NCBI GenBank assembly: GCA_026914245.1
Contig: CP110439.1
Coordinates: 6,262,001-6,326,000 of the forward strand
DNA length: 64,000 nucleotides
Direction of reading: 5' to 3'
Origin: Puccinia triticina
Lineage: Eukaryota
Numbering within the stretch: position 1 is the stretch's first letter; each line of letters begins with the position of its first letter. The notes beneath the pieces were generated by a model. The model was not told the origin of the DNA. It saw only the letters and a list, made by a program, of their open reading frames with translations, and made no database searches. Position numbers and translations under genes: made by a program. Below, piece by piece: positions 35,695 to 48,867 of this stretch.

Positions 35695-37269
35695 ATGGCC
35701 ACATCAAGCGACCTGCCCGCCGAACTGGTCTACAGAATCATCGAGTACACAGTCCTTCGCGACCCGGATCCCGAGGACTGGGAGTCTTACCTGCCTGCGC
35801 TCGACGACGCAATCGGGCTAATCAAACCAAAACCAAGACCTCATCTGGAGCGACATCGCAATCCTTATCCTCCTCGGTGGGGTGAGCATCATCGTCCACA
35901 CTCCAGCCTGCCAGATGTGCTAAGCAGCCCATTCTCTCTGCTCTGTCTCTGTAGCGGATCCACCCAATCCTCTTTTGGCACTCTCATTGGTCAACCGTAC
36001 CTTCCGAATGTGTGCGCAGGAGTTACTCTTCCGGAACGCGGCGCTGCAGACCACACACAAGGCGCGCTTATTCCTTCAGGCGCTTACTTGCACCTCGCCA
36101 CTGGATAAACCAACTCTCACAGCTGGCCAGGACAATCAAAGACACACTAAGGGAGATCAGAATCACAATATGAACATGGCACAGCTTTCTGAAATTGATC
36201 ATTCTTGTCCCAGTAGACTAGCCCGCCATGTTCGCTCCTTACAGATTGAATTTAACGACATCTGTTCGCTAGCGCGGGGCAGCAGCCAGTGGCTCTGTGC
36301 TATCATCCGCAGCTGTCCCCGGCTCGAGAATATCGCGATCAGTTCCGAGGTCTGGGATGACTGCAGAGAACCCATATTGGAGGCCCTCTCCCTGATCCAA
36401 GAGTTTGCAGTCCTCGAAAACTGTCCAAACAAATATAGCCCAACGTTTTGGTGGAACGTGGATGAGGTGGTTGAGCGCTTATTATCTCGATGAGACTCGC
36501 TCGAGACGGTAGAGCTGAGTGAGCTCAAGAGGCGGACCGGGACCGTTGGGAAGCCGATCCCCACTCTGAATTGCACCGTGCGAACAATGATCCTACACAA
36601 CCCCCGATTATACGAGCGGGACCTCGCCATACTTCTGACGAGCTTTCGACAGAGCATCCGGTCGCTTACAATCGAGATGAGCGACCCAGACCACAGCATG
36701 GGGCGGCCGGGCTTATGTCGGATCCTGAAAGATTGTACAAATCCGGACCTGGAGTGCTTGAAAGTCAAGACAGGCCGGGCGCGCTTTGACGATTTGGCCG
36801 ACCTAATGCAATCCCCCTCGGCCATTGTTGATCCTGATGACCCCTCCTCGAACCCAGGCCTTTTGGATTTTGTCTTCAAGTCCCCCTTCGCGCTCAGGAA
36901 ACTCAAATCTTTATCCTTCTCTGGCAACCTGGCAACCAACGAGCTGTTCAAGTTCTTGCCCGACTCGATCGTCAAGCTTGCCTGGGACAATTGCGAAATT
37001 TCTCTCTGGGCGCTTGGCTCTGCGCTTTCAAGGCGAGCAGACAAGATAATCTTACTACCTAATCTCAAGTGTTGCTCAACTCGAGCCCCTTCGTGTCAGT
37101 TCTTTTTTTCCTTCTTTTCTCCGATGTGCTAAGATGCGGTATTGCTTGACTCTGAAACACTCCTTGCTGATCTTTAGGGGAGTTAACAGCAACACTCGAG
37201 TCCGAGCTAGAAGCACGAGGCGGATTTTTCACTAGGATATCGAGGAGGTGTGAGGCTCAGCTAATCTGA
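35695..37269 (+). pseudogene. F-box-like / LRR-type lineage-specific gene with a premature stop
   Basis: SDLPAELVYRII; LALSLVNRTFRMCAQELLF; IIRSCPRLENIAI; TGA at 36491-36493 with the frame continuing open afterwards; 3' end approximate. Confidence 0.65.
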
Positions 37270-37649
37270 GAGGATGAGGTAACAGATGTCTGCAAACACG
37301 AGGTGGATCTTTACTCTGAAAGACATTCGGTCCCAGTACTGGCAGCATGAGGATGGGCCGGACCTCCAATCAACCCAGAGATACAACTAGATTGGCTTGA
37401 CTTGATTGTCCTGTCCTACACGTTCAACCCCCCACCCCAATATATCAGTACATTTGTAGACTAGGTCGCTTGCCCAAGGGAAGCAGTACACAGCGATAAA
37501 CCAACACCTCAAGTTCAAGCATAAGGCCGTGGACCCTTAAAGAAGCTCGAGCGCCAAACCTCATGATAATCATACCCATGCCATTGTCAGATAGGTTGCC
37601 AAGACTTCATATTCCCCCAACGCAGCCCCCTTTGGGCAAAAAAAATTTA

Positions 37650-37846
37650 GGGTGTTCAAAGTTGACTTGCATAAAATCATAACACCATAAAATCATAAAA
37701 TTCTGTGCTGAAAAAAATATGTACCACCCAAACACTCAAATTGCAGCAACATTTGTAGAATGGTACATATGAAATCATCACTTGAAAGTTTTATGCTTTT
37801 ATGATTTTATGTATTGAAAATTTTATGATTTCAACTTTGAACACCT
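37650..37846. mobile_element. TA-flanked MITE (related to 8702)
   Basis: TA|GGGTGTTCAAAGTTGA...TCAACTTTGAACACCT|TA. Confidence 0.75.
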
Positions 37847-40237
37847 TAGCACCACGGATGTTTGCTCAGCACTTGTGTGCAAGTGCCTTCACCCCTCTCT
37901 TGAGGAACCCTTTGAGATCTCTTGCAGAACTTGACACCAATTTATGCGTAATTTTGGATTGAATTTATGCTCAAGTGTGTCTGAATTGATGCTGAATCTT
38001 GTATGAATTCATGTTGGACATGGTTTCATATCAACCTGATATCCACCCCAACTGGACCATTTGAGTACTTGTATCTTTTCCATAACCTGTGTTCAACTGC
38101 ATTGCAAAGAAATCTCCATTTCTTGCCAGAAACCAGATTTTTCTTGATGTAAGAATATATTTTCATTGATCATGTGCTTTTTATGCCGTCCACACCACTC
38201 CAAAATGTGTTTTCGTATACAAAAAACAAAACTTTTGGCTTGGTAGATATACCTTTGTGATGAAAGTGCATAAATTCAATGAATCTTCTTTCTGTTTTGA
38301 TCACTCAAGATATTTATAGACTTTTGGAAAAAAATTAACATAGTGGATACTTATATCTTTTGTATTGATTGATGCTATAGGCATCACATACTTTGAGAGA
38401 AAAGGTGATTTCCTTCTGAACTGAGCTAGCTTCACTCACTGGTTTTGCATCAAGTAATGGAAAATTGATAACTGATCAATCTCCATAACCACCTTGTGAT
38501 CTTGGAGGTGGCAGATAGGCATCTGGGCTGGAAGCATTCTCACATAATTTTTTTAGCAAATTTTATGATTTTTTTCACAAGAGAGTTGGAAGTCTGGGCT
38601 AAGTTCAGGGGAACCCCAGATTATCCAGGGTTTCTTAATCACTTCAGAAAATCCCGACAAAAGAATGTGTGTACATATAGGTGAAAATATATATAACTCT
38701 TTTAAATATTTCATCTAATATTCTGGTTTTGCGTGGGCACTCAGCTCAGCATTGCTTGGCTGTGTGGTAATATAGGTGTCACACAAACGTACGGGCGTAC
38801 AGTTGTGTGACAAATCCTTCCAGCTAGCCCCTCATAAAATGCACACCAAATTCAAACCAGATTAAAATCATGATTTAAGAAAAACTGGCATATTTTTGGC
38901 AAGGATAAGATACCTTCTCCGTGTTATATACTTTGGACCAAGGGGACCAAGTTCAAGCAGCATTGATAATTACTCTGTCACCTCACACACCTCCTTTTGA
39001 ATTCTATGTGCGCTGAAAATGATAAAAAGAATGTTCCAGAGCAACATGTAGGATATGGGTTTACACAGAGGTTAAAAATCATCATGGTCAAAAAATTCTT
39101 ATCTTTGGTCAAAATTATAGATTGAGTACAACTGATCATAAAGTTGGGCTGGGTTTCAACATAGTTATGGTGTACATTATACAGTTACATTACACAAACA
39201 TCTGGCATGATTCCAGGTAACATCAGTATAGATTGTGCATTACATGACCTGGCCTTTGAAACAAGATCAGACCAACTTCAAACCGACTTTGAACCAGTAA
39301 ATAACAAGGATTGGACCAAAACTTGGCATGAATTGTGCAAAGGCACTCGTAAAAAGGTGCTGAGCAAACATCCGTGGTGTAGTTGCATGTACACTTTGGG
39401 CTATTTCCCTTCATGCCACACATTGGGATGTCACAAAGACACTCCTATCTGCAGGGAAAAGTATCCTTGAGCAACGGATATTTTAAGACTGCCACGCACC
39501 CCTTATATCTCATGTTTTGATACCACTCCATTGCTAAGAATTTCAGGGCACAGAGAATATACAATTATTAAGAATCCCCAAAATTTTCAGACTGTTTCAA
39601 AATGTAATAAAAAAGTTATACAGTCAGCAGGAATTTTCCTACTCAGCCTGCCCTAAACATCCTAAAAATTTCAGCAAAATCAGCATATGCACATTTATAA
39701 GTGCCCTGAATTTTTTGTGGGGCTGGGACATGTAATAAAAAAATTATTTTGCACATGGAGGGAAACTTGTTGTGCATGGGAATTTCTGTTGGCTCAATGT
39801 CACTTGACGTCAGGTCCCCCTCCTTGTGGGACACCAGCTCCCCCCAATAAAATATCTGTACATGGGGGGTGCCCACAGGTGGCTGGGTTGAGGAAAACTG
39901 GCCATCCGGAGGACACCACCCTCTTGATGACTGGTCTTTCTGTTCAGTGAGAGGACCAACAATGGGTAGTTACAGTATGCTACAATAACTAGTGTTATCC
40001 ACGTAATGTAACATTTATTGTGACTGGCCACATCCGTTAACGGTACTAGTAACAGTGTGATTCCTCGATAGAGGTTACCGTACCTCAACCCATTTCCCCC
40101 CCCTCAAAAAAAACTGTATCATAACTTTTTTGGTGCTGGTTAACATGTTAACCCCAATAACTGGTAACATGTAATCCACAATAACTGGTAATGCGTTAAC
40201 CGCACATTACCCCACTAACCAGGGGTGAAACATGCTA

Positions 40238-41330
40238 TGTCAGGCTCGGTGATGCCAAGAGCACAAGTGCTCTTCTAGCTACGCCGGCGACAGGGCACGG
40301 TACAGTAGCGCGCGCAGCAAAAAGCGCGGTAAAAAGTGCGAAATAGCTAAAGAAGCTATTTCTAATGAAACCAAGAAAGGGGTTAACGGAGGGGCCAGGG
40401 GCGCCTGGGGTGTTTTAGTTCCCTCCGCAGTTCTTACAGGGCCTGCGCACGGGATGCGCAGGGGTGTTTGTGACCTGTGACGTCTGGGGCCCTTAACAAA
40501 GGGGGTATTTGCGCGTTGAGACGCTCCCAGGAGATATAGGGGATAAAAATCCCAGTAGAAAGGAAAAAAACACAGACTTACTTGTAAAAAGAAGTCTGTG
40601 GTAAAAAAAACACGATCGATCCGAAAAACCGAAGTCGAGGCGAGGTCAGGCTGGCAAACTGGTCAAAGAGACGAGTGGCGAGACTGGCGAGGCGTCGGAC
40701 TGGTTATAAAGGTATCTGAGGGGTCTTCCTTCGCCCGAAGGCCCTCGTTTAAATATCCGAGCTACAACCGGTAGGGTTGTAGCTTTTCTTGCACAGGCTT
40801 CCTCGGGTTCTTGGCCGGAGGAAGCGTGCTTCTGACAAGAGTGACGGGAGTGAAGGGGGATTCTATTGGTCCCTTCACTCCCGTTTGTTTTTCTATTTGT
40901 CATAAGATCCATTTGCTATTCCTCGGCTCGAGGAATAGCGTGATCAGTTGTTTAATCGTCGGCCGGGGGAGGAGGAATGGTATAGTTCTGTTTCTCTCTT
41001 CCCTGGCCGAAGTCTTCTATTTCTCATGGGGACTACTCTTGGTTTAGTAGTCTCCTGAGATTATCTGACGGCCCGTTCTCTTGGCTTGAGAACGGGTTTT
41101 GAACTAACTTTCTTTCTCTTGCCGATTCTTCGGCCGGAGCTTTGTTTTCCTTACTCGTCTAAGGAATCTTTATTTTTTATGTATGCGGCGCTCTGCGCCG
41201 CATTTAGGTCTTTTTACCAGAAAGAACCATATTTTGTACGCGGCGCTCTGCGCCGCTATTATTACGTACAATTTTTGTTATGCTACAATAGTTAGCCGGG
41301 CTCTAACTTATTATAGTAGCCCGGCTGACA
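40238..41330. mobile_element. Solo LTR (1093 bp)
   Basis: TGTCAG...CTGACA; perfect 5-bp TSD TGCTA. Confidence 0.88.
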
Positions 41331-41856
41331 TGCTAAGCCACATTACCTGCTACTGTCTACATAGGGTTGGAACAGAAAAAGCCATCCCCTTTACCATATC
41401 TGTATTGCACTTGGGTTCTGTGAGTCACCTCATACTCTTGCTGATTTTTTAGTTTTTATAGCTTCTGTGCCTACTCCTCTGAGTTTAGTGCTCTTGAATT
41501 TTGCTCAAGTTTTCTTCCATCCTACAGTGGTCACCCAATTACCTCATTCCAACCTCAATGAGGACAGCAATTCTCATGCCGGCAACATAATCAACCAAGT
41601 ACAGAACCAACACCACCGGCCAAGACAATCTGCCTTGATAGTCATTGCACCCTGCGCCAACTGACTCTTGTGTGAAACTGACCCAGCAAGCTGCTTTGAA
41701 AAGACTTGGAGAAACTTCAACTCCATCAAATTCCAATGATTTGTAATCATTGTCAGCCCAACAAAAGACAAAGAAAAACCCCAAAAATCAATGCAAGCAT
41801 AAATCAGGCACAAAGGAAAATTTGCCTGCTTTGGATCCTGATCCAATTCAGAAAAC

Positions 41857-42539
41857 TAGAGATGGCCCCGACGAACCCGTTGCGGGTACCTGCTATCCGC
41901 TGGCGGGTACCCGACCATGGTTGGCGGGTACCCGCCAGCGTGTGCGTGTTCGGGTGCAGATGCTGGATTTTTGGGAGAAATCAAGCAGGTACCCGGGTAT
42001 TCTAGCGGGTACCCGCTCTTGTTTGGGCAGGTGGCGGCTGCCACGACAACCGGAAGGATTGGGAAGGCCTTCCTTCCGGTTGAAGAGGTTCTGTAACCCC
42101 TTCAACCAGAAGGATTCCTTCCAGTCAAAGAGTTTTTGTAACCTCTTTGGTCTCTTCAACTGGCAGGCCTTCCTTCCAGTCAAAGAGGTTCCAACAGTCA
42201 AAGAGGTTACAAAACCTCTTTGACCGGAAGGATTCCTTCCAGTCAAAGGAATCCTTCCGGTCGAAGGGGTTACAGAACCTCCCCGACTGGAGGGCCTTTC
42301 CAGTCGAAGAGGTTTTGTAACCTCTTTGAAGGCCTTCCAGTCAAAGAGGTTACAAAACCTCTTCAAGCGGAAGGATTCCTTCTGGTCGGTTTTGAGGGGC
42401 AGGTACCCGCCGGTACCCGCGCGGGTACCTGCAGGTACCTGCTATGACTGCCCCAGGCGGTGCGGGTGCGGATGCGGGTGTCAAACTTTTGGCAAAAAAG
42501 CTGGCGGGTACCCACCCGGGTTCACAGGGGCCATCTCTA
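41857..42539. mobile_element. hAT-type non-autonomous element with internal repeats
   Basis: TAGAGATGGCCCC...GGGGCCATCTCTA; perfect 8-bp TSD CAGAAAAC; internal AAGAGGTT(TTG/ACA) palindromic repeats. Confidence 0.92.
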
Positions 42540-44777
42540 CAGAAAACTCCCAAACCAAGTGGGTCAGGAAAGACCAAGAAATCAAGAAACTCCACAAAAA
42601 ATGTTTCAAACTTCTATAATTAGCTTACTTTATTTACAGAACAATAATCTCATGATGTTGACTTTTACTTTGTTATTCCTTTTCTTTTCTTATCTAGGCA
42701 GATACCACAGACACATGCCACAAAAACTACCAAGACACTGATGAAGTTGAGATCATAGTGAGGAAAAAAAGGAAGAGAAAAAATCTTTATATGGCAATAT
42801 TCTGCTTTACATTGAACTGTTGGTGTGCAACAAGACTGACAACCGGAGAATCCATTAAGCTTCAAGTGCAGGTGGTGTCCTGCAATCTGCTGCGGACAGG
42901 GATCCTCACAAGGAAATCTAAAAGGGCATTGAGATGTGTGAGAATTCCAGCTCAGGGGAATGGTGTCTAACTCATAAATTGAGAAAGACACCCGGAACAA
43001 AATCAGCTGTGGAATCTGGTAAGCAAACGCAAACCATTTCCGCAGTCAGCACCGCGGGGGTTGTGAAACTGAATTCATCTCTTTGATGTAAACAGATCCA
43101 AAGCATGTGAGCAGCAAGGTTAGGCTTCTAGAAAATCCCGGCCCACATTTGCTCATTGAAAGAATCTCAGCTAGCACCAAAGGTAAGCGGCTGCAGATAT
43201 CTAACAAAAAGCTGAACAGATAGAAGCTAATGCTCTATCTCGTTATCTTAGACAAAACCATCAAAGACAAACAGACTGAACACACCGATACCGCTCAAAG
43301 AGCAGGAGAACCTATTGGTAAGTGATTTGTGTGGCTAAAAAGGCTGAAAAAAAGGCAGATGCTGATGGGACGTTGAACTATCTTAGACAACGTCGCATCT
43401 TTACTCCGCCGTTTCACCAAAGCCAAGTGAGAAGTCACTTAGGTCCAAAGACCAATTCTGTAAGGCTCAAATGAACCCTTGGGATAAGCTAAAGTAGCAG
43501 AAGAAACTGACAAATGTCATTTCTTGCGCTAGACCGTTGACAGACAACATCTTTTATTATCTTATCCTCATCTCATTCTAAAGTAGAGAGCGGCCCTTGT
43601 ACCTGCTCTTAGGTAAATTTCAATCAATCAAGATACTCATTTGTTTAATCAATCAGATTTATTTAGTCAAAGCTACAGAGTCTGATTTAAATATAATATC
43701 TTAGTTCTTTGAAGTTTTTCAAGATGGATACACCCAGAAAGGAAAGAATGACAAAGGGTGTCCCCATTTCCAGAAAGCCATTCTGGCGGGGAACAAACTA
43801 CCTCCTTTGGTTGCAGATATCTGGGCCGCTGTGGTCAGCTCCACCAATGTCAAACAGCCCGGTATTGCGGCTTTCATGCATGCTGGGACAGCTTTTGAAG
43901 TTAGAGTGCTCAATCAGCTGATCCTACTTTGGCAAATTTGACAAGCCTTACCGTGGTCTTGTATAGAATATCTTTATCTTTGGGCTACCATTAAATACTG
44001 TAATCAAAAAGCGCATTCATATGGTCGCCAAAGGGCCGCTGATGAAGCTAAAACCCTGTACGATTTGCTCAAGACCTCCGTCTTTGATGAGTTACATGTG
44101 AGTTGAATCTTATTCATGCCAGTGGAGAACCAATAATTAATTTTACTGCCATCAGTTCTTGCTTCCTTTACTACAGCAACTATCCACTGGTACTTTCCCT
44201 CTTGTGGCCGTCAAACCATGTGAATCTTCCCAACAGCCTAGCGCTGCTTATTATGCGTTTTTCATCGGAGATGCGGGGTGATGCCTTGAGGCTATTGGAA
44301 TCTCAGTATTAGCATACTCATCAACCGGTCATGTAGTGATAGTCAGAGTTGTAAACCTAAGTGAAACCTATATTGAATGTCAGTTTAAATAGCAATTGTG
44401 TACTCTTTTCTATTTCCTCTTTTTCTTCATTCAGTTTCTCACTTCTGTTTCAACTCTCGTCTCACACATCAGGTGTGCTCGCCGGTCGTCTCTTGTTCAG
44501 TCTCGTGTCGTGTCCTAACACTCGCTGGTCTTTTAAAAGACTCTCTGCGCCTACTTGTTCTATAGAGGCCTGAATAAGCTGCTGCTGTGCACAGGAGCCA
44601 GCTGTATTACAAAACACTCGCATCGGGAACGCCCTTTTGGTGTGCCGGCTTGGCTGAAGTCGATGATGCAATTTACCGTTGCTGGGGATCATAAACCTGT
44701 GGCCTACATCAGCCTGGCCGGTCGGAGTGATGCATCGAGCGTTAATTTGTGTGACGAGTGGCCGTTGATGGATGAGT

Positions 44778-44905
44778 GGAGGACTTCCCGTCAATCTGGG
44801 AACCCCTTCCAGACCCAGATCTGAGCCAAATTTCGCAGGGAAATTTAGGCTTTGAGACTCTGGGAGGCTCTCAGATTGCTCCCAGATTGCGACGGGAAGT
44901 CCTCC
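44778..44905. mobile_element. Small MITE upstream of thaumatin-like gene 2
   Basis: TIR GGAGGACTTCCCGTC..AATCTGGGA; AGT on both flanks; absent from the homologous upstream region of copy 1. Confidence 0.65.
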
Positions 44906-45354
44906 AGTAAGGCCTCTTGAATGCGCCTCGATGAGACTCCGAAGCCAGTGTGCTGTGGCTGTCCAGACTTCCCCGAGACTCTCGCTATGCCCCAGCGGGT
45001 CAGCCCTGGACTGAAGGATGGGTCACGAATGTGTGGGCTGCTGACCTTCCCGTCGTGTCCAACGTCTGCAACTCGAAAGTGTCCCTGATAAATAGAATCG
45101 GCTGACTTGCCGTCGTCTGAAATTCTTACGTAATCTGGAGGGAAGCCTCTACCTCATACGCGAAGGGCTCTTGATGATCGTCATCCAGCCGAGACGCAGT
45201 GCCAGGAGTCGGGCAGAAGGGATGGGGTATAAATAGAGGCTGCTTTGCTCCGCGTCCACACCCCTCCAGTCCAATCGCCTCCTCATCCAGTTCCTGCCGT
45301 CGATCACCACCAGATCAAGCGCACCCTCCACGACTTCCCATCCACTTTGACCCG

Positions 45355-46819
45355 ATGAAACCCATCATAGCAGTCTCCGTCGCTCAGCTGTGCTTTGCTT
45401 CGGGCATCCTTGGCAGGACGTTTACCGTCAGAAACAACTGCCCGCTGACGATCTGTTGAGTGTTTTCCTGCGCGGGAAGCTGGTGCGGGGCAAGCTTCCT
45501 GACCGTCCCTGCTTGTCCGCTCTTCGGACCACACAGGGCCAGCCTACTTCACGAACCCCGATTCGCCCAGTAAGCTGTCCCAGCCATCGCTCCATTGCGC
45601 GTGTGTCCAGAGTGTCGCAGAGAGTCGCGCATGCTGAGCTTTGGCTGTGAATCCATGCAGCCCAGCTCACCAGCCAAGCCGCCGGCTGGGAGGCGCCCAG
45701 GGACAGCCAGGCGAGCTTCCAGGTCCCCGATGGCTGGGCGGGCAGATTTTGGGGCAGAAGAAACTGCGACTTTTCCAGACCAGGCCCGACTTCCTGTGCC
45801 GTGAGCGACCACTCCTTCTTCGGACGCAATCATGACAGTGTCCCGTCTTATTTACCATGTCCGACCTCTGTAGACCGGAGGCTGTAACGGAGGCTTGGTC
45901 TGTGACGCCAGCACTGGATCGGGAGTTCGTGAGTACATTTTGTATCTCTCAGCTTGATGGTGTGGTCATGATTTTATCAGACATCTTATTGACGGGCATC
46001 GTCTTTTTTCGTTTCAGCTCCGGCGACTCTGGCCGAGTTAAAGTTAAACGGCGAGGGCGAGAAAGACTTCTACGATATCTCGAATGTCGACGGGTACAAC
46101 TTGCCTGTGTCGATTAGCAACAACAAGGAGTGCCCTGCTCCGACCTGCAGGCCAGACTTAAACCCGGACTGCCCCGACGAAAGGATGAAGGTCAAGGACG
46201 CAGAGGGCGTCGTCATTGGCTGTCTCTCCGCCTGCCAGGTGTCCATGTCCACATCAGAGCCCGGCCTCGCCCATCATCCAACCCCCTAAAACATTCCATC
46301 GTTTTTGTTTTTTGTTTTTTGTTTTCTGTACAACACTAGGCTAACTTGGACGGCACCCACGACGATTCGGCGAATTGCTGCACCGGCAGTCACGATAGAC
46401 CAGACACCTGCCCCCCAAACGGAGTGCAACATTACGACTACTTCAAAGGGCTAGCTGCAATATTCCTATACGCGACTATATTTATCTGACACAGAACCGA
46501 TGCGCTGATGTGCATGATAAACCTTTCGCAGAAAATGTCCCGATGCTTATGCTTACGCCTATGATGTAAGAAGCCATTTCACTCGAAAAGACGTGTGTGT
46601 ATACTTTAAATTGTTAGAAACCTGATCCCGTTTATTTCTTTCTCTCTGAGGGACACAGGAAGGCAGCCAAAGTGCGCTCTGGACTTGCGCCGCGGGCGCA
46701 GACGTAAGTGAAGCTGAAGCTCAAAGTTAAACCACCCAAGTCCTTGTGATCTTCATCGGCGATCTCTGACTCGTTCCTTGCCTTACACACACCAGTATAC
46801 CGTCACTTTCTGTCCTTGA
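45355..46819 (+). CDS. Secreted thaumatin-like protein, copy 2
   Basis: MKPIIAVSVAQLCFASGILGRTFTVRNNCPLTIW...GRFWGRRNCDF...DFYDISNVDGYNLP...CPDAYAYAYD...YTVTFCP*; same exon structure as copy 1; one GC donor at 46450. Confidence 0.9.
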
Positions 46820-48215
46820 ACTCCCGACCCGCAATCCTTTCCGCCCTCCATAGCGTGGACGAAAGAATCACAGCAAATTCTTTAAATCTCCTAGCAGAAC
46901 AGAAGTCCGGGCTCGGGATCCTTTATCTCTGTCTACAGTGTTTGTGTTGTATCTGTTTATAACTGTCTGCTCCAAAAGGCGAATCCGTGGAACGATATCG
47001 AAATGCACATTGACATTTTTTTTAGTTATCCAACACTGCAAGAAAAAGTCAAGCAACTGCAAGCAGTTGACATGCAAGAGCTCCAAGCAAGCTTTTGATA
47101 TAACACAAGCCTTTTTCAAGGCTTACTGTTGACCATGCTTCAATGCACAGTGGATGTGCAGAAAAGGCTTGTGTGTGTATGGGTGGAGCTAGACCAGCAG
47201 TTCCACAGCAGTAACCCACATTTCAACTGCTAGCAGTTGCTTGACTTTTTTTTGGAGTGTGATAGCTTGTCATTGAATTTGAGTTGTTCATGGTGTTCCA
47301 ACCATCTGAGCCCCAACTGAGACAAGGATGATATACAATCATGAATGATAATCTAAGGTAACCAACGGCAAGTTTCTGGCTAATTCTGTATTGTATTTTG
47401 ATGAACACTTGGCCAAACCGAAGTATTACAAGACCAAGTTTACGTTGTTATGATACTGTGCGGCATCGTTTTGTCCCTTGATTTCTTCAGGATCTCCTCA
47501 CGTTGAGTGGAAACTCTCCATGAATCTGGAGATCGCCGAATGGATGAAGTTGATCGTCGACCCTGGCATCGGCCACGCGACCTTAATTGGGGGCCATGAT
47601 GGAGAATCCGTCAACCTCAGCAGAAAAAGCCAAGGTGGCCATGGAGGGTAAAAATCACGGTTTGGCTCAGCGATCCAACCAACAAGGTCCGAGTCATGTC
47701 GATCCGGTTCATGAAGGTCTTATGGCGACCCACTTCGGCGCCTGAAGCCTCCTCATTCACACCAAATAACGTCGCTTTTGGAATACGAGATTGGCCCCAT
47801 GGGGGCCGCCGGGGTTGCATCCGGCGTAGCTTGTTCCCAGAGGCCGTGGCGCGCCGTTCGTGGGGCGGAGTGGTGACTCATAATGCCAGGCCGACTTGGA
47901 TTCTTCCCGGGCGGCGGGTCAAGTGTGCCCCATGGCGACGCCTTCAGTCGTCTCGAGAGGCGCCGGTGTGGCGCGAACAGCTTTCGGCCGTGTGGTGGCG
48001 CCTCGCCCTGCCTCGCCTCTTCTCGATTCGCCCCGAGCCTCCCGCCGAGAGTGCACACACAATGGGCTCGTTGGCGGTGCCCGAGAGGCTCAACGCTTTT
48101 GCCGGACTGAAAGTCCTCCATTGTTTGTCTATAAGACCCTGCTGGTTTCCGCCCACACATAGCAGCCCCCCACCGAAGACTCATCCAGAAGTCACCGTAG
48201 TAGTACCAAGTCATC

Positions 48216-48867
48216 ATGCGCTCGATTCTAAGCCTAGCTATCATTTCCTTATTCCTCGCCCTCGAGATTCAGGCCCAGGAAGTTGAACGCAGGTTCCGGT
48301 GTGACGTAAAAAATATCGTCACATGGTGCTGTGTTACATACGACGTGAAGGGAATAACTGGGCCGGTAAAGCCCTGCCTGATCGACAAAAGAAACATTGT
48401 AAGAACAATATTCTTGCCTCGAAATCTCGATTCCAGTCTTCCGTAAATCTCCCCGCGCGGGTTTGATTTATTTGTATAAGACGCTCAGGGAGCGAATGCA
48501 CAACTGACGATAAGAAGTGCGTCGCGGGTGAGCTCAAGCACGGCCAGTATCGGGTCCAAACTCGGTGAAGAGAGAAAGGAACCGGTACTGCCGTGTTGAC
48601 TAGACTAAGTACAATGTGGACTGTGCCGCAGGTATGCATGTATCTACATGGTTTGATACATGCATAACTGGAGGATAAACTAAGATGACTAAAGTTTACC
48701 CTGTTGGCTCCCCCGTACTCCAACAATTTGTTTGTGATTTGCTATTTTTAGCTTTCGTTGGACGAGTACATAGTCGCGGTGTATGTAGAGGCCAGAGGGA
48801 TGTCCTGCCCAACAAGCTTCAAGTACGTCGAGGATGCAACCGTTCCGGTCGAGACCTCTTGGGATGA
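48216..48867 (+). CDS. Small secreted cysteine-rich protein (effector candidate)
   Basis: Signal peptide MRSILSLAIISLFLALEIQA; FRC motif; introns starting 48399 (GTAAGA), 48528 (GTGAGC) and about 48632 (GTATGC); TATAAG upstream; 3' exon frame uncertain. Confidence 0.7.
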
